A model generated the notes under the pieces. It was not told the origin of the DNA. It did no database searches and saw only the letters and a program-made list of their open reading frames with translations. This document shows positions 1 to 11,449 of a stretch of DNA of 64,000 bases, in pieces. The DNA lies in NCBI RefSeq assembly GCF_000143415.4, contig NW_003314286.1:1110239-1174238 (forward strand), read 5' to 3'. This stretch comes from Selaginella moellendorffii (Eukaryota > Plantae > Lycopodiophyta). A program made the translations under genes and the position numbers. Position 1 is the first letter of the stretch; every line of letters starts with the position of its first letter.

Positions 1-2771
1 GTTTTGTATTATTTTTAAAAGTTTTATTTCCAAGTTATGATCTGGATTTATCATATGTTTCACAAAATAAAATATAAAGGTTTTCATGATAGCAAATATG
101 CTATATAGGTTTTATCAATGTATGATGGCTCTACTAACATCATATTAAATCTCATGGATAAAGACATCCACAACATATTACTTGGGGTAAAGTTTATTGT
201 ATTGAAAATTTCTGATATAAAGAAAAAATTAAACATGTATTGTATATAAGTTATTTCTCTTAACAGAGAAAATATATTATAACATTATATTAAGAATTTA
301 ATATGTTTATATACTTAATTTTATAAGTATAGCATTTAAATTTGATAGAAAATATTATTTTTATATCAAAATTAATGTTTTCATATTTTTAGTGTGTTTT
401 GTAATTTCCATTACACTAATTATACTTTAATTGCATCAAGAACACTTTTATTTTTTATAATTTAAAAATTTACTACTTTATTTGTGATTGTGAGTATATG
501 GAATTTGCATCTTATATGATGCATTTATTTATTTTAGGGACAATTGTAAATTTTTCTATAAATACATTAATAAATTTGTATGAGTATAATTATCTTTTAC
601 TCTTAAAATAATATTACAAAATGCTCTTTAAAGTTGAAATTCCTAACTTTTTTCCTTAACTACATTTCTTTCACATAAAGCTTTATTGCAAATACTAAAT
701 AATAAAAATGACACTAATGTTCATTCCTAGAAAATAAAAAGTTTAAGATGAATTACATTCAGATTAAGAAAATCTAGATAATAGTTTTATTTTTTGACTT
801 AAATAAATATTTTGTTCAGAAAAATATTTTATTTTTTGGATTACTTTTAATTATGAACTATATGATGATGTGAATATTGAACAATCATTTTACTTAAAAA
901 AATATTTAAATCTTTTTTTAAAATATTAATACCATATTTAGTACAAGACAACTTTAATGACTTAGTAAATAATATAATAGGTTAATATTTCTCAATAATA
1001 TGCTAGAATAATAATTTAGAGTTTACTTTGATATACCAAAAAATTAAATACTAAAAGAGAGGAAAACATTGGGTAAAATAATTTATAATTTTTCTAGAAA
1101 ACTTTATAAGTTAAGAATATATATTAAGTTTTTCTTATAATTGATGAACACTTAAGAAGTTTATTTAGGATAAAAATAGCTTATATTTTACCAATATAAC
1201 CATGATATTTTACCTATCTAACTATAGTAGGCCAAAAGATTTACAATTATCATTTTTCTTAATTAAAATCTATGAAGTCCAAGTGTTAGTGTAATGAGAT
1301 TTTGATAGTTATTGGAGTGGTTTCAATTTGAATCACTTTCTCTTGTATATAAGCTAAGTTTTAATATGCACATTTCTATATTCTATTTACATATTCCATG
1401 CACTCACATTAGTGGAAATAAGAGGCAACTTTAATTGTCCTTAAGAAGTTTAAATTTGGGATTTTGGTTTATATTTAACTTTTGCATAATTTAGATCTCC
1501 CTTTCTTTATAGCTTTTTTAATTTCTTTTTTTTTTTTTTGCTTTTTCCTTTTCATTCATCTTTATAGTAGAGTAGCAAAGTCTTCTCCTTTGACTCTAGA
1601 GTAGTAGTTAGTGTAGTTTCTTGATGATATACAATTGCAATTGAACAATTAAACTCAATTGATGGCATTATTCACGGCACATATTATAGCTTCTCTTACT
1701 CTTATTGCCAATCCTCATGTTTCTCTATAATTCTTTTTTGAGAATTTTGGGGATGATGTGTACTATTGATTTAATCATTTCATGATGATTGCCATATATC
1801 ATTTTTGTGATAATGCTTGGCATTTATATAAGTTTCTGATGTGTCTCCAAAGGACGGCATTGCAATGTTCTACGTGTTTAAAGATGTCCAGAAAAATGCT
1901 CCAATCCACACAAGTGGCTACACTCAAACTATTTTACCATACTAACGATTGAGATGATGCTTTCCAACAATTATATCATCTTTGTCAATGATTATTTAAG
2001 TTGGTGATGCAATTTGGTATTTGTTTCTAATTTCATGCGGAGCCAATTATGTTGGAATAAATTAAGTTGGGAATGTTGTGACTAACACTTTGTTAAGATT
2101 TTGAAATCTTGTACATGCATTTACTCTAGTAGCCTTTGATGATACTCTTCACTTAGTATAATATTATAAAATGTTGCCTCTTCCACTTCTCGTTGCATGT
2201 TCTTTAGCTCCACTTATTATGGGAAATAGTTCTGTTCTAATAAAGGTTGATGTTGCTACTACTCAAGTTTAAAGACAAGGGTGAGGATATAGTCATCGTT
2301 CTGATGTTCATTATTAGGCATATGATGAAGTTGATCACACATTATTGACATTATCGGCCATTTTCTAGGTGGAGACCTTGGCATTAACAATGTCTCGTTG
2401 GTGATGCTACAATAAAAGGTTTAGACATTGAGATGTGTCTATAAAATGAGGAGTCACATGAGTAATGGATAGTCCTTGTGAAAATAAGTCAATGACTCCT
2501 CCATCATTTTCTCGGGAGTATCATCAAGGGGTTTACTTAGTATCAATTCATCAAATGTTTACTTTCTAAGCTTGTTTTTATAACAAGAGATCTCATATTA
2601 TCCTTTTCATGTTGGTTGATATAAATTTAAGTTTATCTTCTATTGCTTAGTCTATTATCACATGCTACCATCTATATTTGTATCATATAGTAGAATTAAT
2701 TTTCATTCTTTATAGCAATAATTATACATATGTATGTGCATAGGACGAGGGTGATTTTGTTGTGCATATAG
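1..2771. mobile_element. Highly AT-rich, CpG-depleted decayed repeat/TE sequence
   Basis: No ORF of 60 aa or more in the track, very AT-rich, few CG dinucleotides, and contiguous with recognisable TE remnants. Family not assignable except a weak piggyBac-like patch near 1090-1205. Confidence 0.45.
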
Positions 2772-2992
2772 TGTAAGTAACCAAAGAAAACGACTTGAGA
2801 GACGGTCTATAGGGTTCAAATACAAAGGGAAAGGGTCCATGAATAAGAATGCATCAATCGGTTAAGGGTCTTGGGATATTTGAAGTTAAGCGTCTTTGGG
2901 TTTGAATAGTATTAGGCTAGGTGACCTCCTGGGAAATCCAAACTTATGAGCTTATATATAGGTGATCTTGACCTTGAGTTATAATCATTATA
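2772..2992 (+). mobile_element. LTR-like repeat copy 1 carrying a 5S rRNA-derived segment (Cassandra-like)
   Basis: Starts TGTAAG and ends ...CATTATA (consistent with decayed ...CGTTACA), followed by AATGGTG (PBS-like). 2884-2939 matches the internal control region of plant 5S rRNA. A diverged direct repeat lies at 6306-6483. Confidence 0.7.
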
Positions 2993-3898
2993 AATGGTGC
3001 TAAATCTAGCTTTGGACTTCATCCTTGGCATGGATTAGTTATAACATAATCATACCAAGTTTAACTTTGAGGCTTTCCCCCCTTGTCTTATACTTCTTTA
3101 TCTTTCTTTCATTCCTCTCATTTTTGTTCTTCTTTTCCTTTTGTTTTTATCTTGCTTCCATCACTTTGGTTTCCTCATTATTTCCATTTCTATCTTGTTC
3201 TCTATTACTTCTTCAAATCTGTTTGATAGTCTTTATGTTGTAGCAGTTGAACAACTCATAAAGAAGTATTCCAATCTCTTTGAATTTGATTTGCTATTTG
3301 GGGTTAAGATATGTCATTCTATTCCAACTAAGGATACTCGTCTAATTAAGGAGTAGGGAGTCACGCTAGGCATCCTGTGTGATGCCGTTCATAGATGCAT
3401 ATGTGGAGGTTGGGTTCAAATCCCGACCCTCTAGTGTTTCGGTTCGAGTCCCACATCACTAGAGCGTGGTGATGGTTTGGAATATGAGGACACTCATATT
3501 TTGGTGGTCATGGACTCTTAATGAGGAGATTGGCTTGGGCACACCACCAAGTGGGGGATGTTCTGGAGTCGTGATGCACAGTTAGATTGGTTAGAGTGAA
3601 AGTTCGGCATATTTAACTTGAATACTTTGGTGCAAAGGGCACCAAGGACGTGGTGAATGAGATGGGGACACCCAGTCTCAGTTGCTATGGATCCTTGGCT
3701 GGAAGGGTTGGCTTGGGCGCACCGCCAAATGTGGGGGATGCCCCTAGGGTCATAGTCAACAAATTAAAAAGGTCTGGAAGACTTAGTTCCTATTGGTAAA
3801 CATGTTAATGGGTTAAGATAAGGTCACTAGGTGATTTTGTGGTTTAAGGAATATGATTCCTAGTTCAAAGTGTTGAGTTGAACTATTGAGAATGGTGT

Positions 3899-5410
3899 TG
3901 TAAGTGACTAATTTTTCCATTCTACTAACCACACCTTCGACCACTTGGAGGAGTCTCATTCACAACCTTCTTAAGTCTAATTCAGGACTTGGGACTTGCT
4001 AGCCCCGAGAATGGCATCCATGCCACTCATCCCTTGCATTTAGTCTAAGTGCTCCATATCCCGGTCCCAAGACCGACACCCCAAGGTACCACCAACATAC
4101 TAGCCCGTTACACTAAGGCCATGCTTATTTACCTTGGTCACACCGGTGGTCTAACCCACCTGCATCGCGGTCCTGTCTCTCAAAGACTGGGCCATCCGTC
4201 CATGAGTGACCATCTTGGGTCCACTCCTTAGCATCCTTAAGATGCCTGTAGACATAGGGAACAGCCTTCCCCAATATCCCTTTTACAGTCTGCACCAAGA
4301 TCTTTTTCTGTCTATGGTTGTGTTCACCAACACTGCCACTAGATCAAGGCCCACAGGCCTGACCACTAAGTCCTAGTGTCCTCTGGGACTTCCTCACCAC
4401 ATGACTGTATCATTGGTCACCACACTAAAGGATTGCTCCTCTTCCATTCTATAGTCTGGGACTTTGGGACAACATTTCGGAACACTATAGCCTTATGTGA
4501 GTCTCATGAGTACTCTCCCCACCTTCCGCCTTTTGGTGCTCTAGCCGTGGGCTTAGAGCGAGGTTCCATTGAGTCACATTAGGTATCCAAGTAGGTAGTG
4601 CCACCCACAGTTGGACTGGGAGCATCGACCATTCGATCTCCCAGGGGAACTAGAGTCGGCTCTTGAACACTTCACCAAGCTACCCCGCTTGACAATCCGT
4701 ATTCACTCTAGCCTTGGACCTCCCAGTGGTTATCTCGTCACCCAACACCTGGGCACAGCCTTCCTAGGCCAAACTGGCTCCACTAGAGTCCTCCCCTACT
4801 ATACTTTTGGAGCTCACCAAACCCCCAGGGTCTGGGAGACAAATGCTTTGGGCTTTCACCCTCTCAGACTCGAACTCGGACTTGGACTTGGACTTGGACT
4901 CGGACTTGGACTTGGGCTTAGGCTCAGTCTCAACCTCGGTCTCAGTCCCGGTCTCGGTCTCGGTCTTGGTCTCGACTTCGGACTCCATCTCGGGTCCTTC
5001 TCGGACTCCATCTCGGATTCCATCTCAGGTCCATCGCGGACTCCATCTTGGGTCCATCTCGAAGTCCATCTCGGACTCCATCTCGAGTCCATATCGGACT
5101 CCATCTTGGGTCCATCTCAGACTCCATTTCGGGTCCATCTCAGACTCCATCTCTGGTCCATCTCAGACTCCATCTCGGACACTTCCACATGTCATATGTT
5201 AGTCCTTTTGGGCCTCTTTTTCGAGCCTCACTTATTGCTCGCTTCATGCTCATTCCTCGAGCACTCCATTGGGAGTTCCACTCCCGCTCTTGACCTTTCA
5301 AGTCGGAGCTTTTAGTCCAATTGTGTTACGCTCGTTTGGCTTTTGCTTCGGCCATTACCACGTGGCATCCTTTCGGCTCCACTTTGGGGTTTAGGGATTT
5401 GTGTCTCACA
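3899..5410 (-). mobile_element. Solo LTR (~1.5 kb) with 5-bp TSD, nested in the 5S-LTR element
   Basis: TG...CA termini (tgtaagtgac...gtctcaca), flanked on both sides by GGTGT (3894-3898 and 5411-5415). Reverse-complement homologue at 6604-8565. Confidence 0.85.
4865..5180. repeat. 6-bp (CTCGGT/CTTGGA) and 12-bp (CTCGGACTCCAT-like) tandem arrays inside the LTR
   Basis: Visible periodicity. Produces the low-complexity LGLG/SDSISDS/TPSR ORFs in the track. Confidence 0.9.
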
Positions 5411-6305
5411 GGTGTGGCTTGGTCAAGGTGACTAAGTGGGAAGGACACCTAAAGGGAAATTAATTGTGCCAATACGATAGTATAGTAAGTCCATGAAAGT
5501 AGTCTTTAAGAGAGACTCATGGGAGGGTTGCAAAGTTGGGCCGTGGATTGAGCCCGTAGTAGAAAATGCTAAAGAGACCTTTTAGGGGTGAGCACCCTCT
5601 GGACTTAGCAAGGTAGAGCCTTTGCCATGGAACCAAAAGGATACTTCGAAAATGGAAGTAGTGATTCTATGTTGTTCAGTGCAATAATCAACAGATAAAA
5701 GCAAAAAACTAGTGGCCAAGTGTGGGCTAAGGAGTTCATTGGAAGGAATCGAAATGGCAAAGTTAGACATGGAACACTAAGGTGTTAAATGCTAACGGCT
5801 TGTGAGAAAGGAAGTGTGCTTCTAAGGATAGATTCCCAAATACTCTAAGTTGGCAAAGGTGAAAGCTCCAAGGGAGGGAGCTGTAAAGTAGCCAAATGAT
5901 AGAGTTGTGGACAGCTTTAGCACAACTTACAATAGCTGGAACTTAGTGCCAAAGGTGGCATAAAATAGAAAGGAGGATGATAGTGCCCTCAAGTGGAGAA
6001 CTTCCTAAGATAGGGAAGTGAAGTTACACAATATGTGCAAAGAAAGGTGTCAAAGACACCAAGGAAATTGACTTCGAAAAGTCAAAATTAAAAGTTCCAA
6101 AATGAACTAGTTATATCAATAGAAGTTGAGACTACTTGAGAATGACTAATGGGATTGAGCTAGAGAAGGTGTCTCTAATGAGTCTAGCAAAAGCTAAACC
6201 AATAAAAGGGAGAGAACCACCTGAGGCGGTCAAATGAGTCTTTATGTTGGAGACACTATGCTCCTTAAAGGTTGGACAAGGCATGGTGAGCTTTCGGTGT
6301 CAAAT

Positions 6306-6483
6306 TATAAGCAACCAAAGGAAACGACTCAAGAAATGATCCATAGGGGTTCAAATATAGAGGGAAAGGGCCCATGAATAAGAGTGCACCCCCTTTTCCA
6401 AATGGTTAAGGTCTTAGGATATTTAAGGTTAAACGTCCTTGGGTTTGGGTGACCTCTCGGGAAGTCCAAACTCAAGAGCTACA
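6306..6483 (+). mobile_element. LTR-like repeat copy 2 with internally deleted 5S-derived segment
   Basis: tataagcaaccaaaggaaacgactc...gggttcaaata...ccatgaataagagtgca...ggtgacctctcgggaagtccaaact aligns co-linearly with 2772-~2955. The 3' end is truncated. Confidence 0.7.
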
Positions 6484-6603
6484 AACCATTGACGAATATT
6501 GGTTAGATGCCAAGGATGGAAAAGGTAATACATGCTAATGCTACTTTATAAAATGGTTTATTGTTTGATGAAGACATCAGACTTTGTCTATGGGTGGTGG
6601 AGT

Positions 6604-8565
6604 TGTGAGACACAAATCCCTAAGCCGAAAAGTGGAGCCGAGAAGTGGAGCCAAAAAGGTGCCACGTGGTAGTGGCCGAAGTGAATGCCAAACGAGTGTA
6701 ACATGTTTGGATTAAAAGCTCCGACTTGAAAGGTCGAGAGCGAGAATGGAACTCCCAATGAAATGCTCAAGGAACAAGCACAAAGCGAGCAATAAGTGAA
6801 TCTGTAGAAAAGGGACACAAAAGGACTAACATATGACACGTGGAGGAGTCTGAGATGGAGTCCAAGATGGAGTTCGAGATAGAGTCTGAGATGGACCTGA
6901 GGCCAAGACTGAGGCCCAGCCCAAGCCCGAGTCTGAGTTCGAGTTTGCCACATGGTAGTGGCCAAAGCAAATGCCAAATGAGTGTAACACATTTGGACTA
7001 AAAGCTCCGACTTGAAAGGTCGAGAGCGAGAGTGGAACTCCCAATGAAATGCTCAATGAACAAGCACAAAGTGAGCAATAAGTGAATCTGTAGAAAAGGG
7101 ACACAAAAGGACTAACACATGACACGTGGAGGAGTCCAAGATGGAGTCCAAGATGGAGTCCGAGATGGAGTCTGAGATGGACCTGGGGTTGAGACCAAGG
7201 CCCAGCCCAAGCCCGAGTCTGAGTCTGAGTTTGCCACGTGGTAGTGGCCAAAGTGAATGCCAAATGAGTGTAACACGTTTGGACTAAAAGCTCCGACTTG
7301 AAAGGTCAAGAGCAAGAGTGGAACTCCCAATGAAATGCTCAATGAACAAGCACAAAGCAAGCAATAAGTGAGTCTATAGAAAAGGGACACAAGAGGACTA
7401 ACACATGACACGTGGAGGAGTCCGAGATGGAGTCCAAGAAGGACCTGAGATGGAGTTCGAGATGGAGTCCAAGATGAATCCGAGATGGACCCGAGATGGA
7501 CCCAAGGCCAAGACCGAGGCCGAGCCCAAGCCCGAGTCTGAGTCCGAGTCTGAGTCTGAGTTCGAGTTTGAGTCTGAAAGGGTGAAAGCCCAAAGCATTC
7601 TTCTCCCAAACCCTAAGGGGTTTGATGAGCTCCAAAAGTATAGTAGGGGGAAGACTCCAGTGGAGCTAGTTTGGCCAGGAAAGGCTAGTTTGGCCCAAGA
7701 AGGCTGTACCCAGGTGTTGGGTGATGGGATAACCATTGGGAGGTCCAATGCTAGAGTGAATACAAATTGTCAAGCGGGGTAGTTTGGTGAAGTGTTCAAG
7801 AGCCGGCCCGGGAGATTGAATGGTCGATGCTCCCAATCCAAGTGTGGGTAGAATTACCTACTTGGATACCTAGTATGGCTCAATGAAACCTCGCTCTAAG
7901 TCCATGGCTAGAGCACCTAAAGGCGGAAAGCGGGGAAAGTACCCACGAGACTCGCATAAGGTTATGGTGTTCTAAAATGTTGTTCCAAAGTCCCAGACTG
8001 TAGAATGGAAGAGGAGCAATCCTTTAGTGTAGTGACCAAGGATACGGTCATGTGGTGAGAAAGTCCTAGAGGACAATGGGACTTAGTGGTCGGGCCTGTG
8101 GACCTTGTCCTAGTGGCAGAGTAGGCAAACTCGGCCATAGACAAAAAAATGATTTAGTGGGGACTGTAAAAGGGATATTGGGGAAGGTGGTTTCCCCTGT
8201 CTGTAGGCATGTCAAGGATGCTAAGGAGTGGATCTTGGATGGTCACTCCTGGACGGATAGCCCAGTCGTTGAGAGACGGGACTACAATGCAGGTGGTGTT
8301 GGACTACTGGTGGTACCAAGGTGAATGGGCATGGCCTTAGCATAATGAGTTGGTATATCGGTGGTACTTTGGGGTGTCAGTCTTGGGACCGAACACGTGA
8401 AACACTTGAACCAAGTGCAAAGGATGAGTGGTATGGATGCCATTCTCGGGGCTAGCAAGTCCTAAGTCTTGAATTGGATTTAAGGATGTTGTGAATGGGA
8501 CTCCTCCAAGTGGTCGGAGGTGTGGTTAAGTGACTAAAGTAGGATGAAAAAATTAATCGCTTACA
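6604..8565 (+). mobile_element. LTR (~1.96 kb), same family as 3899-5410, opposite orientation
   Basis: TG...CA termini (tgtgagacac...cgcttaca). Preceded by purine-rich GGGTGGTGGAG (PPT-like) and followed by TTTGGTG (PBS-like). No TSD. Confidence 0.8.
6661..7570 (+). repeat. Three tandem ~286-bp units within the LTR
   Basis: gccac(g/a)tggtagtggcc recurs at 6661, 6947 and 7233. The homologous solo LTR has only one unit. Confidence 0.9.
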
Positions 8566-9699
8566 GTTTGGTGTGTGCCTATGGAGAGTATAGTTGAACC
8601 TTAAATCTAATATAACCCAAGAAGGGGGATTTAAAGAGAATTTAAGATTCTATAGATGGAAGGCTAAAATTCCATTGTTCATGCAATGAATAATTGAATA
8701 TAAATAGGTTCAAATAAAAGTTGGTATAATAGATAAAAGAACTTAACTGAGGCTAAGGTAAAAGTGGTTAGATATATTAGTTAAGCTCGTAAATTAGAAA
8801 AAGAAAATTTATGGTCTACATTAGATTGAGTAGAAAGTTTATCCTTCATCACTACAATAAATTTGACAACAATATTATCAAGACCACGAAGAATATAATG
8901 ACTTGGTAAGTTAGATATTATTAAGGAACTTTTATTGATTAGAATTAAAATTTTATAAGTAATCATACTTACAGACTTTCATCACTCTATTATCTTTAGC
9001 TATATATTTTTAAAAAATATGCACAAATATAGAATAAAAACATATTATAGTAAAATGGATTCAAAAATAACATATGAAAAGTTTTGGTACTTTTTAGTAA
9101 GTGATACTATCAATTATGTTTTTTGACATGCAGTAAAGAAATTTGTGGAATTTATGGACCAAAATAAAACACTGACCTACTTTTAATGTAGCATGTTTTT
9201 AACTAATCTACAAGTGAGATAAAATATCAAGTATATTAATCTTGTCAATACAGCTGGTGGGATATAGATTGGCAATAATACCATACATTTAAAGTAGTTT
9301 AATTTCTATATTTTGAATAAAATCTTGAATATTATCCTGATGCAATACCTTATAGTATATGAATAAATGAAATGACAAAAAAAAAGAAGCTTTAGAAAGT
9401 ATCCCAAGAAAGAGTCTTTTACAAAACACCACATATTTGCCCATCGATGGGTAGTTATTCTAGCCCAGAGGTATGGCAGAGCACATTGGCTTGTTTTGAT
9501 GTTCTTGAGAATCTAAAGTTTTTCATTCATTCGAAATAAAATAAAAGGAAGAAATGCATAATACAGTACCCCTCACTCTTATGTGGTTGCCCCTTTGCCA
9601 CGCTCACTCCTCGCTTCCTCCGTGGCGCACTTAGTCACGCCCAGCTCTGCACCCTAAATGTTTAATGACTAACTCTAAATTAGTAATGTTAAACTTTAA

Positions 9700-10195
9700 T
9701 TAGTAGATGTTGTTAATGGATATGTTAACGACTATAATTTTATAATTAGCCAGTGAATGAAAATTTATAAGTATATAACCTGAGTGGTTGAATCAATTGA
9801 ACTTCACTCATTATATAGTCAACCACTCCCAGAATTTTATTGATCCCGTGACTGGAGTTTATACAAATCGTATTGAATCAACATGGAATGTAGTGAAAAT
9901 ATCCCTTCCTCGCTATGGTACAACAAAAGGATTATACAGCTCTTACTTTCAAAAATATATTTGGCAAAAAATATATATTGAAAGAAAGGAAGCTGCATTT
10001 AATATTCTATGCAGTCATATTAAGCTATACAATCAAGATAATGCTATTATAGTAGAATAAATAATATATTTGATTTTTTACTTTTAAATACTTAAAAATA
10101 TTTGAAAATAATATACTAGAACAATCTTTAATTTATAGTGATGAGGTGGCATGCGCATGTAAGCAATGAGGTGGCATGCGTATGTCAGCAAATCC
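9700..10195 (+). mobile_element. Truncated Merlin / IS1595-family (ISXO2-like) DNA transposon remnant
   Basis: ORF 9788-10060 has H..VNHS.NFIDPVTG.YTN.IES.W...K......G......YF..Y.W, the C-terminal signature of DDE_Tnp_IS1595/Merlin transposases. It is followed by a 2x25-bp tandem (10141-10190) ending AATCC, a candidate right terminus. Confidence 0.7.
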
Positions 10196-10250
10196 AAATA
10201 AATTGTGCATTCTACCCAATTAAAATAAGCAACACAGCCTTTTAGGTTGG

Positions 10251-11419
10251 ATGGAGGGAGAAAAGAAGAGAGTGGTCTTGGTCACGGGAGCGTCGTCCGG
10301 GCTGGGCAAGGAATTCGCGATCGCGTTCGCGCGGCAGGGATCTTACCGGGTGGTGCTCGCGGCGCGCAGGACGCATCTGCTGGAATCGGTGTGCGAGGAG
10401 ATCGGGCACCACGATGCCCGCTCTGTGGAGCTGGATGTGAGCGCAAACGAGAAATTTATCGATGCTGCCGTTGATCGGGCGTGGAATTGCTTTGGAGGTG
10501 TGGATGTCCTCATCAACAATGCAGGCATTAGAGGCAACTCTTCAATCTCTTTCTCGCTCTCTTTCGAAAATATGAAAAGTTCTTGCTGGTTTTTTTGCTT
10601 GAAGATTTTCAATCTCTTTTTTTCTCTTGACAACGTTCTTGGCTCCACCGAGGAAAAAAAGTGGCATTAGTTTCTCGAAAGTCCTTGCTTGAAGATTTTT
10701 CCCTTGAAGATTTCTTGCCAAGTGTTTTTCTTGAAGATTATGTGCCAAGTTCTTGGTTGACAACGTTCTTGCTTCTTTGGTGATAGTCTTTTTCTTAGCC
10801 AACTTTTTTCTTACGATAGTATTATTCTTTCTTTTTTTTGTCCTTCAGGGCCTGTAAAGTCGCCTCTGGAGCTGGACGAAGACGATTGGAACAAAACCTT
10901 TAACACGAACACGAGAGGTACATGGCTGGTTTCCAAGGCTGTCGCGAGGAGAATGGTGGCCGCCAAGAAACCCGGCTCGATCATCAACATCTCCTCCACT
11001 GCATCATCCGGTGGCCTTCTTCCCGGCGGGATCGCCTACGCTTCATCCAAGGCCGCCATCAATCGCTTGACTCAGGTACCAGCTCCCTCCTTCCTCCCTG
11101 CTCGCGATTCTAAACGCCAGAGCACACACTCTTTCAGAGCATGGCCTTGGAGCTCGGCAAGTTTAAGATCCGAGTAAACGCCATCGCAGCTGGGATCTTT
11201 CGATCCGAGATCACCGACAGCCTTCTCGACAAAGCCTGGGTCCACGACGCCGCGGCCAAGATCGTTCCGCTGCTCCGGTTTGGACAAGTATCTCCCGACT
11301 TGACGTCTCTCGTGCTCATGCTTGCGAGCGAAGAACACTCGTCTTACATCACCGGCCAGATCTATCACGTCGATGGCGGTCACACTTTGCCTGGGATCCG
11401 ACTCTGGTCATCTCTTTGA
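10251..11419 (+). CDS. Short-chain dehydrogenase/reductase (FabG-like), probably peroxisomal; 3 exons
   Basis: TGASSGLG Rossmann motif, NNAG, YASSK catalytic motif, RVNAI, and C-terminal SSL* PTS1-type tripeptide. Introns about 10534-10848 and 11076-11137. Confidence 0.92.
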
Positions 11420-11449
11420 ATTGATATGTTTGCGTCTTTCGTCCTTTTG

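Noticed and set aside
2884-2939. A genuine 5S rRNA gene
   Set aside because: Only the internal ~56 nt match. The 5' and 3' parts of 5S are missing and the segment is embedded in an LTR-like repeat.
3380-3460. tRNA gene
   Set aside because: B-box motifs only; I could not build a cloverleaf.
5420-6300. Integrase-like VVDSFS patch in the element interior
   Set aside because: Too short and surrounded by stops; no other gag/pol motifs recognised.
6661-7570. CRISPR-like array
   Set aside because: Units repeat in full with no unique spacers, and the context is eukaryotic LTR.
4611-7782. Many overlapping ORFs rich in LGLG, SDSISDS and TPSR
   Set aside because: Artefacts of stop-poor 6/12-bp tandem arrays inside LTRs; no domain signal.
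9562-9660. TA-CAGTACCCCTC as a Tc1/pogo-type terminus and a GC-rich hairpin-like patch
   Set aside because: No matching inverted terminus found in the window.
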